DNA of 51,814 nucleotides from Pseudomonadota bacterium (GCA_039800145.1 JBDLRJ010000089.1:1-51814), one strand, 5' to 3'. Positions 34,915 to 44,125 are shown, numbered from the stretch's first letter. Made by a program: numbers and translations. The notes: generated from the letters alone by a model not told the origin.

Positions 34915-35803
34915 GCAGCGCCCGTCCCTCCTCGAGCGTGGCGGCGCACCGGAAGCCGAAGTGGTGGTACTGCGGCCGGTTCTCCGGGACGTGGTGGCGC
35001 CGGTGGAAGCCGGTGGTGCAGCCCGGCGGCCAGTACCACGAGCCCCCGCGCACCACGCGGCGGGTGAAGCCGGGGCAGTCGTCCTTGCCGCCGCAGGGCC
35101 CCGTGGGCTCGTCGCCGGCGCACGCGGCCCCGCACTCGGCGTAGCTGGGCACGTACCAGTCGTTCACGTACTCCTCGGCGTTGCCCGCCATGTCGAAGAG
35201 GCCGAAGTGGCCCGCGGGCAGCTTGCCCACCTCCCACGTCCGCCCCTTGTCCGGCGAGGGCGGGGCCTTGGGCGTGCCGCAGCCGCGCCCCGAGGCGTCC
35301 TTCACCACCGCGCGCGCGCACGTGGCAGGCTCGTTGCCCCAGGGGAAGTCCGCGTTGTCCGGGCCGCGCGCCGCGCGCTCCCACTGGGCCTCGGAGGGCA
35401 GCCGCTTGCCCACGGCGAGGCAGTAGTCCCGCGCGAGGAACCAGGGCATTCCCACCATGGGCTGCAGCGGGCGGCTGAAGTCGTTGTACGCCGGCTTCGC
35501 GGGCTTGCACTTCCCGGCCTTCACGCAGTCCTGGTACGCGCCGAACGTCACCTCCGTCTTGTCCATGAAGAAGGTCTGCACCCAGACCTCCCCGGCGGGC
35601 AGGTGGTTGGGGCGCTTGCCGGGCGTCTTCGAGTTCTCCGGCTGGGGACACGCGTGCGGCGTGTCCTTGCCTCGCAAAAACGTTCCACCGCTCACGCAGG
35701 CCATCCCGCCCGGGGCGGCCTCGCACGGGGCGACGGCCGGCGAGGCGAGGACGGGCGCGCACAGCGAGACCGCGAGCAGCAGGACGGGGCGGAGAGGTGC
35801 CAT
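34886..35803 (-). CDS. Exported FGE-sulfatase (SUMF1/formylglycine-generating enzyme family) domain protein
   Basis: Track ORF 34886..35815, with the start taken at ATG 35803 (MAPLRPVLLLAVSLCAPVLA). FGE-domain blocks are FFMDKTEVTFGAYQDCVKAGKC, MPWFLARDYCLAVGKRLPSEAQWERAARG, GNAEEYVNDWY, VRGGSWY and FGFRC. Confidence 0.85.
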   Translation of the reverse strand: MAPLRPVLLLAVSLCAPVLASPAVAPCEAAPGGMACVSGGTFLRGKDTPHACPQPENSKTPGKRPNHLPAGEVWVQTFFMDKTEVTFGAYQDCVKAGKCKPAKPAYNDFSRPLQPMVGMPWFLARDYCLAVGKRLPSEAQWERAARGPDNADFPWGNEPATCARAVVKDASGRGCGTPKAPPSPDKGRTWEVGKLPAGHFGLFDMAGNAEEYVNDWYVPSYAECGAACAGDEPTGPCGGKDDCPGFTRRVVRGGSWYWPPGCTTGFHRRHHVPENRPQYHHFGFRCAATLEEGRALLKAAAAPAR

Positions 35804-35874
35804 GGGGGCGCACACTCCACCACAAGACAGGAGGATTTTCTCAGGGCGGCGAACGGGCCATACTCTCGCTCTAC

Positions 35875-36963
35875 ATGTACTGGCTCGCCCTCACTTCCCT
35901 GCTCGGTGCCGCGGACGCAGGCACCGCGACTGCCCCCCCCCCTGCCCCGGCCCCTGCGCCCGCTGCCGCTGCCGCCGCGCGCCGCACCCTCCGCCTCCGC
36001 GCGGTGGGGGACGTGAACCTCGGGAGCGAGCCGCAGGGGGACCTGCCGCCCGCGGACGGGGCACGCATCCTCGAGGCGGTGGGGCCGCTGCTGCGGGACG
36101 CGGACCTCACCTTCGCCAACCTCGAGGGGCCGCTGTGCGACAAGGGCGTGTCCACCAAGTGCCCGCCGAAGCCGAAGCCCGGCACCTGCTTCGCCTTCCG
36201 GACGCCCACGCGGTACGGCACGTACCTGCAGGAGGCGGGCGTGGACGTGGCGAGCACGGCCAACAACCACGCGGGGGACTACGGCGAGTCCTGCCGGCGC
36301 GCCACCGAGGCCACGCTGGACGGACTCGGCATCCGCTGGAGCGGCCCGCCGGGCACCGTGGCGAGCGTGGAGCGCAACGGGCTGAAGGTGGGCGTGGTGG
36401 CCTTCTACAACTCGTCCTCGTGCCACGACCTGAACGACCACGCGGCAGCCGAGCGCTGGGTGAAGAAGGCGAAGGAGACGCACGACCTGGTCATCGTCTC
36501 CTTCCACGGCGGGGCCGAGGGCTCGAAGGCCCTGCACACGCCGGACGGGATGGAGATCTACATGGGCGAGCAGCGCGGCCACCTGCGCGCCTTCGCGCAC
36601 CGGGTGGTGGACGCGGGGGCGGCGCTGGTGCTGGGCCACGGCCCGCACGTCCCGCGCGCGCTGGAGGTGTACAAGGGGCGGCTCATCGCCTACTCGCTCG
36701 GCAACTTCGCCACGTACGGGCAGTTCAGCCTGTCCGGCCCCAAGGGGCTCGCGCCGGTGCTCGAGGCGGAGCTGGCGGAAGATGGAACGTTCCTGCGCGG
36801 CCACCTGCACCCCACGAAGCAGGTGGGGCGCGGCATCCCGCAGCCGGACCCGGCGGGCGCCGTCATCCCGCTCATGCAGCAGCTGTCCCGCGAGGACTTC
36901 CCCGACACCGCGCCCCTCATCCGGGACGACGGCGAGGTGCTGCCGCGCACCGAGCCACGCTGA
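35875..36963 (+). CDS. CapA-family protein (PGA_cap / metallophosphatase-like), exported
   Basis: An ATG at 35875 lies in the frame of track ORF 35797..36963 (MYWLALTSLLGAADA). CapA blocks are AVGDVNLG, LTFANLEGPL, ASTANNHAGDYG, IVSFHGGAEG, LGHGPHVPR and YSLGNF. Confidence 0.82.
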   Translation: MYWLALTSLLGAADAGTATAPPPAPAPAPAAAAAARRTLRLRAVGDVNLGSEPQGDLPPADGARILEAVGPLLRDADLTFANLEGPLCDKGVSTKCPPKPKPGTCFAFRTPTRYGTYLQEAGVDVASTANNHAGDYGESCRRATEATLDGLGIRWSGPPGTVASVERNGLKVGVVAFYNSSSCHDLNDHAAAERWVKKAKETHDLVIVSFHGGAEGSKALHTPDGMEIYMGEQRGHLRAFAHRVVDAGAALVLGHGPHVPRALEVYKGRLIAYSLGNFATYGQFSLSGPKGLAPVLEAELAEDGTFLRGHLHPTKQVGRGIPQPDPAGAVIPLMQQLSREDFPDTAPLIRDDGEVLPRTEPR

Positions 36964-37020
36964 GCGCCGGGACGGCCGCGTTCGCCGCGGGGCAGCGCTC
37001 CCGCGGGCACGCGTCCCCTC

Positions 37021-39972
37021 CTAGGGAATGCCCTTGAGCAGCGGGTGGCCGTAGCAGGGCTTGAACGGGGGCTTCGTCTCCGTCACCGCCTCGAACCAGG
37101 TCTCGTACGGCACCACCGGGACGTCCTTGATGGGCGAGCTCAGGTAGTCGTCCTTGCAGTGCGTCTTGAGCGCGTAGGCGCCGCCGCCCTTCGGCGTGAG
37201 CTCGTAGGCGCCGAACTGCTGGCGCCCCGCCGCGTGGTACAGCAGCACCGCCTTCGCCCCCGGCTGCAGGCCGAGGGAGATCTTCTTCATCAGCAGGTCG
37301 AACTGGGGGCGGCTCGTGTAGACCGCCTCGAGCGCGTTGGAGAAGAAGATGACCGGCGTCACGCCGGGGAGGAACGCGTAGCTGGCGTCGTGCAGCGCGG
37401 AGACCTGCAGCTCCACGGACTTCACCTCGCCGGACCGCCGCTGGAACTCCTGCAGCACGTCCCGGCACCTGCCGCGCATGTAGCCGAAGCAGAGCCGCTC
37501 GAGCGCAGCGGAGGTCTCCGGGGCCATGGGCTGCTTGTCGAACCGGGCGCTCCAGCCGAGCTTCACCTCGCCGAGCGCCGCGTCGAACGTGGGCACCTTG
37601 CCGAGCTTGCCCGCGCGGAACTGCGACAGCATCTGCTGGTGCCCGTCGTGGATGCGCCAGTCCAGGTCCACCATGGTGAGCCGCTCGCAGCCCAGCAGGG
37701 TGTGCATCCAGTACGGCTGCATGAAGCCCACGCTGAAGCACTCCTTGCGGTCGTTCGGGTAGAGCTTCTGCGCGAAGTGGAAGTCCAGGTCCGGGCGGAC
37801 GTCGTTCATCTGGAAGAAGTTGAAGCAGCCCGCGACGATCTGGTTCACGAACCCGCTCCACGGCGGATGGGCCACCACCTCGGGCCGCATGAAGGTGTAG
37901 AGCTCCTCCTTCTTCTTCACCGGGATGCCGCGGAAGTGGTTGCAGGTGGGACCGGACAGGCTCCGCATCCGGGCGAAGAGGTCCGCGGAAGTCGAGGGGC
38001 CGTACACCTGGTGGGTGGGCACCGCGTAGTAGGCGAGGTGCGGCTCGGAGAAGCGCACCGTCACCGGCAGGCCCGCCGCCCCGCCCGCGGGCTGCGCGGA
38101 GTCCGCCACCGCCTCGAGCGCCACGCGCGTGGGCGCCCCCTCCCCCACGAAGATGGCCTCGGTGCGGCTCCTGCCACCCGCGGAGGTGAGCGTCACCGGG
38201 TGCAGCCCCGGCGAGAGCGGCTCCACCTTCACCTCCGGGGACGCCACCCCGCGGTCCACCCCGTCCACCGCCACCCGCACCCCCGCCTCCGCGGGGACGA
38301 TGACCGCCACCCCGCGCCGCACGCGCAGGGACTGCTTCACCGCGAGCGGCTTGCCCGGCCGCGCGAGGACTTTCCACTCGAGCGGCTCGCACCACGGGCA
38401 GGTGAGCCGCACGGTGCGAAGTCCCGGCGCCACCTGGAAGGTGTTGGGCGTGCGGCCCACGGGCGCCCCGTCCACCTGCACCACCGCGCCGGCGGGCTCC
38501 GAGGAGAGCTCCAGCTGCGCGGCCCCCGTGGAGGGCGGGTCCACCCGGCCGTCCGCCCCCACCTTCGCGCGGAACAGCTTCACCGCCGCGAGCTTCCCGG
38601 GCTCCACGCGCACCGGCACCGCCACCTCGAGCAGCCCCGGGCCGCGCGCCACGAAGTGGTGCTCACCCGGCGTGGCCCGCACGAAGCGGTCGTCCGAGGC
38701 ATCCACCTTCACCGGCACGTCGTCCAGGAACAGCTGCATCCCCGCGGGCGCCTCCGACAGCATCAGCCCGGTGGGCGGCGGCACGTGCACGCGCGCCACC
38801 GCGGGCGAGGCGGCCACGCGCACCGGGGCAGGCTGCGGCGGCAGGCGCACCACGCCCTGGCCCGAGACGCGCGCCGTGACGTCCGCGAGCGCCGCGGCCA
38901 GCATGCCCTTGTCCTGCTCGCGCCCCGTCCACTTGCCTGCCGCGGCCTCCGCCTGGAGGGACTCGAGCATCCCCAGCCGCTTGCGGATGCCCGCGGGCGT
39001 GGGCTCGAGGTGCATCCACGTGGGGACGAAGCCGAGCGACTCCACCCGCGTCCCCTGCGCATCCTTCACCACGTCCAGGACGAGCAGCACGCCCTCGCGC
39101 GTGGCGAGCCGCGGCTGCTCGGAGACGAAGTTGCCGAGGCTGTAGATGGCGGCGCGCCCGTCCTTCAGCTCCGCCCGGTGCACCACGTGCGGGTGGTTGC
39201 CGAGCACCACGTCCGCCCCCGCCTCGCGCGCCACCTGCACCCACTTGCGCTGGGAGGCGTCCGGCTCGGCCGTGTACTCGGTGCCGAAGTGCAGGGCCAC
39301 CACCACCAGGTCCGCCTTCGCCCCGCCGCGCGCACGCCGCACGTCCGCGCGCATCCGCTCCTCGTCCAGCAGGTTGACGCTCCAGGGCTGCGGCAGCGGG
39401 AAGCCGTTGGTGCCGTAGGTGTACGACAGCAGCGCCACGCGCAGGTTGGGGCGCGGCTCCAGCACCAGCACCGTGTCCCGCTCCTGCTCGGTGAGGGACG
39501 CCCCGGTGTGGGGCAGGCCCACCTCGTCCAGCACCTTCGTGGTGTTGCGGAGCCCCTCCGCGCCGTAGTCCAGCACGTGGTTGTTGGCGCGCGTCACCGC
39601 GTCGAAGCCCACGTCCTTGAGCGCCTTCGCGAGGCTGGGAGGGGTGTTGAACCGCGGGTAGCCGCCCCACGGCAGGTGCGGCCCCGTCAGCGTCACCTCG
39701 AGGTTGGCAATGGCGAGGTCCGCGGACTCCACCCAGGGCCGGGCCGCGGCGAACAGCGGCGCGAAGTCGTACTCGCCCTTCGGCTGCTGGGCCTGGCGCA
39801 CGAGCCCCATGTGCATGAGCACGTCCCCCACCGCGAGGATGCGCGCACGCACCGGTTCGCCCGGGGCGGGCTTCGGGCCGGGCGCGGTGGGCGCGGGGGC
39901 CGCCGCGGGGGCGGCCAGCGAGGGAGAAGCGGACACCAGCACGCACAGCGCAACGAGGAGGGAACGGGCCAT
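37021..39972 (-). CDS. Exported fusion protein (983 aa): CapA-family domain, about 3 PEGA domains and a ~330-aa C-terminal domain of unknown function
   Basis: Track ORF with the signal peptide MARSLLVALCVLVSASPSLAAP. CapA blocks are AVGDVLMH, AIANLEVTL, TRANNHVLDYG, ALHFGTEY, LGNHPHV and YSLGNF. PEGA motifs are LSEAPAGMQLFLDDVPV, SSEPAGAVVQVDGAPVGRTPN and PAEAGVRVAVDGVDRGV. The C-terminal third (nt 37021..~38025) is K/F/Y/W-rich and I do not recognise it. Confidence 0.82.
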   Translation of the reverse strand: MARSLLVALCVLVSASPSLAAPAAAPAPTAPGPKPAPGEPVRARILAVGDVLMHMGLVRQAQQPKGEYDFAPLFAAARPWVESADLAIANLEVTLTGPHLPWGGYPRFNTPPSLAKALKDVGFDAVTRANNHVLDYGAEGLRNTTKVLDEVGLPHTGASLTEQERDTVLVLEPRPNLRVALLSYTYGTNGFPLPQPWSVNLLDEERMRADVRRARGGAKADLVVVALHFGTEYTAEPDASQRKWVQVAREAGADVVLGNHPHVVHRAELKDGRAAIYSLGNFVSEQPRLATREGVLLVLDVVKDAQGTRVESLGFVPTWMHLEPTPAGIRKRLGMLESLQAEAAAGKWTGREQDKGMLAAALADVTARVSGQGVVRLPPQPAPVRVAASPAVARVHVPPPTGLMLSEAPAGMQLFLDDVPVKVDASDDRFVRATPGEHHFVARGPGLLEVAVPVRVEPGKLAAVKLFRAKVGADGRVDPPSTGAAQLELSSEPAGAVVQVDGAPVGRTPNTFQVAPGLRTVRLTCPWCEPLEWKVLARPGKPLAVKQSLRVRRGVAVIVPAEAGVRVAVDGVDRGVASPEVKVEPLSPGLHPVTLTSAGGRSRTEAIFVGEGAPTRVALEAVADSAQPAGGAAGLPVTVRFSEPHLAYYAVPTHQVYGPSTSADLFARMRSLSGPTCNHFRGIPVKKKEELYTFMRPEVVAHPPWSGFVNQIVAGCFNFFQMNDVRPDLDFHFAQKLYPNDRKECFSVGFMQPYWMHTLLGCERLTMVDLDWRIHDGHQQMLSQFRAGKLGKVPTFDAALGEVKLGWSARFDKQPMAPETSAALERLCFGYMRGRCRDVLQEFQRRSGEVKSVELQVSALHDASYAFLPGVTPVIFFSNALEAVYTSRPQFDLLMKKISLGLQPGAKAVLLYHAAGRQQFGAYELTPKGGGAYALKTHCKDDYLSSPIKDVPVVPYETWFEAVTETKPPFKPCYGHPLLKGIP

Positions 39973-39999
39973 GGAAACGGAAGTCCTGGGGTGCTCGGG

Positions 40000-41115
40000 T
40001 CAGCGCGCGTGCGCGTTGCCCCGCCGGGTGGAGGAACTCTGGGTCTTCTTCGGGGCCTTGCCGGTCTTCCCGGCCTTGCCTGTCTTGGACGTTTTTGCAG
40101 TCTTGGCGCCGCGGGTACCGGGGTGACGGCGCTTGCCGGGACCCGGCTTCCGCACGCCCTTGATGTACGGGCGCCCCGAGGGCTCCACGGACACGGCCCG
40201 CTCCTCGGCGAAGGCGGGCAGGTGGCCGGGCCGCTGCAGCCGGCCGTAGCCGGCGAAGAGCTCCGCGGCGAGGTGGGGATCTCCCTTCTTCTCCCACCGC
40301 TTCCTCACCCGGAGGGTGTGGTTGATGATGTTGCCGGCGTCGTCCCGGCCCCGGTGCGGGTGGCGGAGGTTCATCTTCTCCCGCTTCACGATGTGCCCCG
40401 CCGCGTGCAGGAACGTCACCGTGCCGTGCTCGTCCACGGCTTCCACGATTCCCACGTGGGTGAAGGGATCATCGAAGCGGCGGTTCTTGTTCCGGTCATG
40501 CGTGTCGTGGAAGTAGACGATGTCGCCGGGCCTCGGCTCGACGGGGTACTGCTCGGGCGGCACGGACCTCGGCCAGTACGTCCCGTGGTGCTGGTTGTAC
40601 CAGAGGATGAGCCCCACCCCGCCCACGTGGCGGGCGCGGCTGGCCGGGTCCTGGGGGCGCGGCACGAAGAGGTCCAGGCCGAGCGAGAGGTGGGCCGCCC
40701 GGACGTACCCCGAGCAGTCCATCCGGAAGGAGCCCCCGCGCCCCACGCGGACGTAGCGGTACGTGACGAGGGCGCGGGCCACGTCCAGCACGTGGGACTG
40801 GTCCGGCTCGCCGTAGCCCGGCACGTCCAGCCCCGCGGCGGCGCGCAGGGCCTCCCCGGACGCGGGGGACTCGGCCGGCTGCACCTCCCCGGACGGCGCC
40901 AGCCCCTGCCCCGCGTCCAACGGGGCCGTGGGCGCCTGCGGGGCGCCCCCGTCGAGCAGGGACGGGGAAAGCTGCAGGCCCGCCTCCGCCGGCACACCCC
41001 CGTCCGCCGCGTCCACGGTCCGGGCGGAGGCCGGCGCGGGCGCAGTGGGACGCAGCACGGCGCAGCCGGCGAGGGCGGCGAGCGCTGCGAGCAGGAGGTG
41101 GAACGCGTGGTTCAT
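40000..41115 (-). CDS. NlpC/P60 (C40) family cell-wall peptidase lipoprotein with a Lys-rich C-terminal tail
   Basis: Track ORF of 371 aa. The lipobox is MNHAFHLLLAALAALAGC. The catalytic Cys context is FRMDCSGYVRAAH and the His context is FTHVGIVEAV. The tail reads GKRRHPGTRGAKTAKTSKTGKAGKTGKAPKKTQ. It lies 27 nt upstream of the CapA-PEGA gene on the same strand. Confidence 0.82.
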   Translation of the reverse strand: MNHAFHLLLAALAALAGCAVLRPTAPAPASARTVDAADGGVPAEAGLQLSPSLLDGGAPQAPTAPLDAGQGLAPSGEVQPAESPASGEALRAAAGLDVPGYGEPDQSHVLDVARALVTYRYVRVGRGGSFRMDCSGYVRAAHLSLGLDLFVPRPQDPASRARHVGGVGLILWYNQHHGTYWPRSVPPEQYPVEPRPGDIVYFHDTHDRNKNRRFDDPFTHVGIVEAVDEHGTVTFLHAAGHIVKREKMNLRHPHRGRDDAGNIINHTLRVRKRWEKKGDPHLAAELFAGYGRLQRPGHLPAFAEERAVSVEPSGRPYIKGVRKPGPGKRRHPGTRGAKTAKTSKTGKAGKTGKAPKKTQSSSTRRGNAHAR

Positions 41116-41240
41116 GGGCGGCTGGGAAAAGCGGCGCAGACTCGCCCACTCGAAAGACAGGCGTCAACCGAACGTGCTCCCGACGCGCGCCTCCGGGTGC
41201 CTTGCAGTGCCCGGTCGTCACGCTAAGGTCCCCGGCGCCC

Positions 41241-42827
41241 ATGTCCTTCGCCGCCTGGATCCTCTCCGCGTCGCTGTCTGCAGCCCCCGTCCCTTGCCCC
41301 GAGGCCACCGCGGCAGACCTGGAGGCCGCGCGCACCGCGGGGGACGCGGGAGACCTGGCGCGGGCCGAGGAGGCGCTCACCGCGTGCACGCAGCGCGCGC
41401 CCCGGTGCGCGGACTGCCAGCGGCAGCTCGGCTGGGTCCAGTACAACCGCGGGAAGACGAAGGAGGCGGCCGCCGCGTGGATCCGCCTGCTGAAGCTCGT
41501 GCCCGCGGACCACGCCACGCGCGGCGCGCTGGGCCGGCTGCTCGAGGGCAAGCCCACCCTCAACGTCCCGGTGGGGACCGTGGGCACGGGCGAGGGGCCG
41601 GTGCGCCTGCGGCTCGTGGCGCGGTTCCAGAGCTACAACCCGAAGCCGTCACACCCCGCGGACCACTACGACGCGGACGTGGACTCGCCCAAGTCGGCGC
41701 GCTTCAGCGCGGACGGGACGCGCGTGTACGTCAACGCGCTCGAGGCCCACAAGACCCTGGTGTTCGACCCGAAGACGCTCACGCGCGTGGGCACCATCCC
41801 GCACACCTTCACGAGGGCGGACGCGGGGCTCTTCCGCGGCGAGACGACCGTGTTCGGCTACCCGTACCTGCGCACCTCCCCCACGGGGGACCCCAACCAG
41901 ATGAGCGGAAAGCCCGTGGAGAGCGAGCTCTCGCACGGGGGCCGCTACCTGTGGACCCCGTACTACCGCCGCAGCTTCGACGTGGGCTCCACCTCTCCCT
42001 CCGCGGTGGCGGTGGTGGACACCGCCACGGAGAAGGTGGTCCGCGTCCTGCCCACCGGCCCCATCCCCAAGTACGTGGCCGCCTCCCCGGACCAGAAGTG
42101 GATGGCCGTCACGCACTGGGGGGACAACACGCTGGGCGTGGTGGACACCTCGTCCGGGGACGCAACTTCGTTCAAGTACCTCCCCAACCGGCTCGTGGTG
42201 GGCCAGGCCATGTCCATGCAGGCCCTCACCGGGAAGGACCGCGACAAGGAGTGCGGCAGCTGCCTGCGCGGCACCGTCTTCACCCCGGACAGCCAGGTGC
42301 TGCTGGTGGCCCGCATGGGCACCGGCGGCGTGGCCGGGTTCGAGGTGGGGACGTGGAAGTACCTCGGCACTGCCATCGGCGAGCCGCGCTCGCCGCGCCA
42401 CCTGCTCGTGACGAAGGACGGCAAGTGGCTCTACCTCAGCGCGAACGCCTCCGGGGCCGTGGCGCGCATCCCGCTGGCGCGCCTGGTGGAGGCGCTCCGC
42501 GGGGCAAAGGGAGGGCTCGTCTCCCTCAAGGAGTGGGAGACGGTGCGCGTGGGCGGCGGGGCGCGCACCATCGCCTTCTCCCCGGACGAGCGCTTCGTCT
42601 ACGCGGCCAGCAACGCGCGCGCGGAGTTGGTGGTCGTGGACACCGAGACGTTCCAGGTGGTGCACAGGATCCGCACGGACGCCTTCACCGTGGGACTCGC
42701 GGTCAGCCCGGACGGCCGACAGGTGTGGGCCACCTCTCAGGGCCACGACGCGGAGGGAGGCGGGCGGTCCACGTGCGTCTTCGCCGTGGAGCCCCAGCAG
42801 CCGGCCGGGCAGACGAAGGGGACCTGA
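41241..42827 (+). CDS. Secreted beta-propeller repeat protein (YVTN/lactonase-like) with a short TPR-like N-terminus
   Basis: An ATG at 41241 lies in the frame of track ORF 41202..42827 (MSFAAWILSASLSAAP). There are repeated blades with FSADGTRVYV, ASPDQKWMAVTH, FTPDSQVLLV, VTKDGKWLYLS, FSPDERFVYAA and VSPDGRQVWAT. Confidence 0.7.
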   Translation: MSFAAWILSASLSAAPVPCPEATAADLEAARTAGDAGDLARAEEALTACTQRAPRCADCQRQLGWVQYNRGKTKEAAAAWIRLLKLVPADHATRGALGRLLEGKPTLNVPVGTVGTGEGPVRLRLVARFQSYNPKPSHPADHYDADVDSPKSARFSADGTRVYVNALEAHKTLVFDPKTLTRVGTIPHTFTRADAGLFRGETTVFGYPYLRTSPTGDPNQMSGKPVESELSHGGRYLWTPYYRRSFDVGSTSPSAVAVVDTATEKVVRVLPTGPIPKYVAASPDQKWMAVTHWGDNTLGVVDTSSGDATSFKYLPNRLVVGQAMSMQALTGKDRDKECGSCLRGTVFTPDSQVLLVARMGTGGVAGFEVGTWKYLGTAIGEPRSPRHLLVTKDGKWLYLSANASGAVARIPLARLVEALRGAKGGLVSLKEWETVRVGGGARTIAFSPDERFVYAASNARAELVVVDTETFQVVHRIRTDAFTVGLAVSPDGRQVWATSQGHDAEGGGRSTCVFAVEPQQPAGQTKGT

Positions 42828-42874
42828 GGGCGCGGCGGCCGGGCCATGCACACTCTCCGACGGAGGAGGGAATC

Positions 42875-43144
42875 ATGGGTCTCGTTGCGTTCATCCTGAT
42901 TGGATTGATTGCGGGGCTGCTCGCCCGCGCCGTCATGCCGGGCAAGCAGGGCATGGGGCTGCTCGCCACCACGCTGCTCGGCATGGCGGGTTCGCTCATC
43001 GGCGGGTTGGTGGGCTCGCTGTTCCCGGGGGGCAGGCCTTTCGCGCTGCAGCCCTCCGGCATCCTGATGTCGGTGCTCGGGGCCGTCCTGCTGCTCCTGG
43101 TCGTGGGAATGGCGGGAGGGGGACGGCGGCGCGTGGGAACCTGA
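42875..43144 (+). CDS. GlsB/YeaQ/YmgE-family (transglycosylase-associated) small membrane stress protein
   Basis: An ATG at 42875 lies 5 nt after GGAGGAGGG, in the frame of track ORF 40928..43144. The product MGLVAFILIGLIAGLLARAVMPGKQGMGLLATTLLGMAGSLIGGLVG.. has the typical Gly-zipper pattern of this family. It is 89 aa long. Confidence 0.8.
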   Translation: MGLVAFILIGLIAGLLARAVMPGKQGMGLLATTLLGMAGSLIGGLVGSLFPGGRPFALQPSGILMSVLGAVLLLLVVGMAGGGRRRVGT

Positions 43145-43192
43145 GGCCAGTTTCTTGCGGGAGCTTCCCGGCGGGTTTGTAGTCACCCCCGG

Positions 43193-44125
43193 ATGGGTCA
43201 CCCCGGCCTCAGCAGCGCCTGCTTTCGTTGCGGCCTCCCGCTCCAGGGAGCCGTGGACTGTCCCCAGTGCAGGGGCGGTCCGCCGCTCTCCGAGCGGGAG
43301 ACCCCGCGGCTGCTCGCGCGGGATATCAAGGTGGACCGGCGCAAGCGGGACAGCGGCCGGGGCGAACCGGTCCCCCTGCCTGCGCCGTCTCCCAGCGCCC
43401 ACGCGATGACGCCCGTGCCCCCGGTGCCCCGGCGCGCGGAGGTGCCCGTGCACCGTGCCACGCTGCGCTATGGCCAGCGCTCCCTCGTGGCGGAGACGGA
43501 TGCCCCGCTGCAGTGGGTGGACGAGGAGGAGGAGTTGGTGTTCCAGCTGCTCTCCACGCCGCGCTCGGGCACGCCCACCGCGCCGGTGGTGGCGGTGTTG
43601 CCCTCGGAGCTGCTCACCGCGGACGATCTCCTCCCCGCGGCACTGCCGCGACCGACGCGGGACATCCCCGCCCGCCCTGCCCCGCCGTGGAAGCGCCTGG
43701 CGGCCTTCCTGCTGGACGCGGTGCTGGTGGCTGCGGCCGTGGCGCTCATGGTGTACGCCGCCTCCCGCGTGGCCGGGCTGCAGCTGAAGTCGCTGCACGC
43801 CGCGTCCGCGGTGGTGCGCCCCGCGCTCGCCCTCTTCGCAGTGCTCGGGACGCTCTACGCCACCGCGTTCGCGCTCCTGTGGAGCGGACGCACGCTGGGG
43901 TGCCGGGCGTGGGGGCTGCACCTGGTGGACGGAACGGGCCAGCCTCCTTCCGGGGCGCGCGCCGGTGCTCGGTTGCTCCTGTCCCTGCTCTCCGCGCTGC
44001 CGCTCGGGGCCGGGCTGCTGCTGGCGCTGTGGGACGCGGAGGGCCAGGCCTTCCACGACCGGCTCACCCAGACGTGGCTGGTGGAGTTGGTGCCGACGCC
44101 GCGAGCCGCGCACGGACGGCGCTGA
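43193..44125 (+). CDS. RDD-family membrane protein with an N-terminal zinc-ribbon (CxxC..CxxC)
   Basis: Track ORF of 310 aa. It contains ACFRCGLPLQGAVDCPQCRG, and the RDD-domain pattern PWKRLAAFLLDAVLV .. SGRTLGCRAWGLHLVD .. FHDRLTQTWLV. Confidence 0.75.
   Translation: MGHPGLSSACFRCGLPLQGAVDCPQCRGGPPLSERETPRLLARDIKVDRRKRDSGRGEPVPLPAPSPSAHAMTPVPPVPRRAEVPVHRATLRYGQRSLVAETDAPLQWVDEEEELVFQLLSTPRSGTPTAPVVAVLPSELLTADDLLPAALPRPTRDIPARPAPPWKRLAAFLLDAVLVAAAVALMVYAASRVAGLQLKSLHAASAVVRPALALFAVLGTLYATAFALLWSGRTLGCRAWGLHLVDGTGQPPSGARAGARLLLSLLSALPLGAGLLLALWDAEGQAFHDRLTQTWLVELVPTPRAAHGRR

Noticed and set aside
36964-37020. A possible bidirectional terminator between the convergent CapA genes.
   Set aside because: Only a 5-bp GC stem (CCGCG..CGCGG) is present and there is no U-tract. 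The same holds for the GGGCGC..GCGCCC pair at 33498..33525. Neither is distinguishable from background in this GC-rich DNA.
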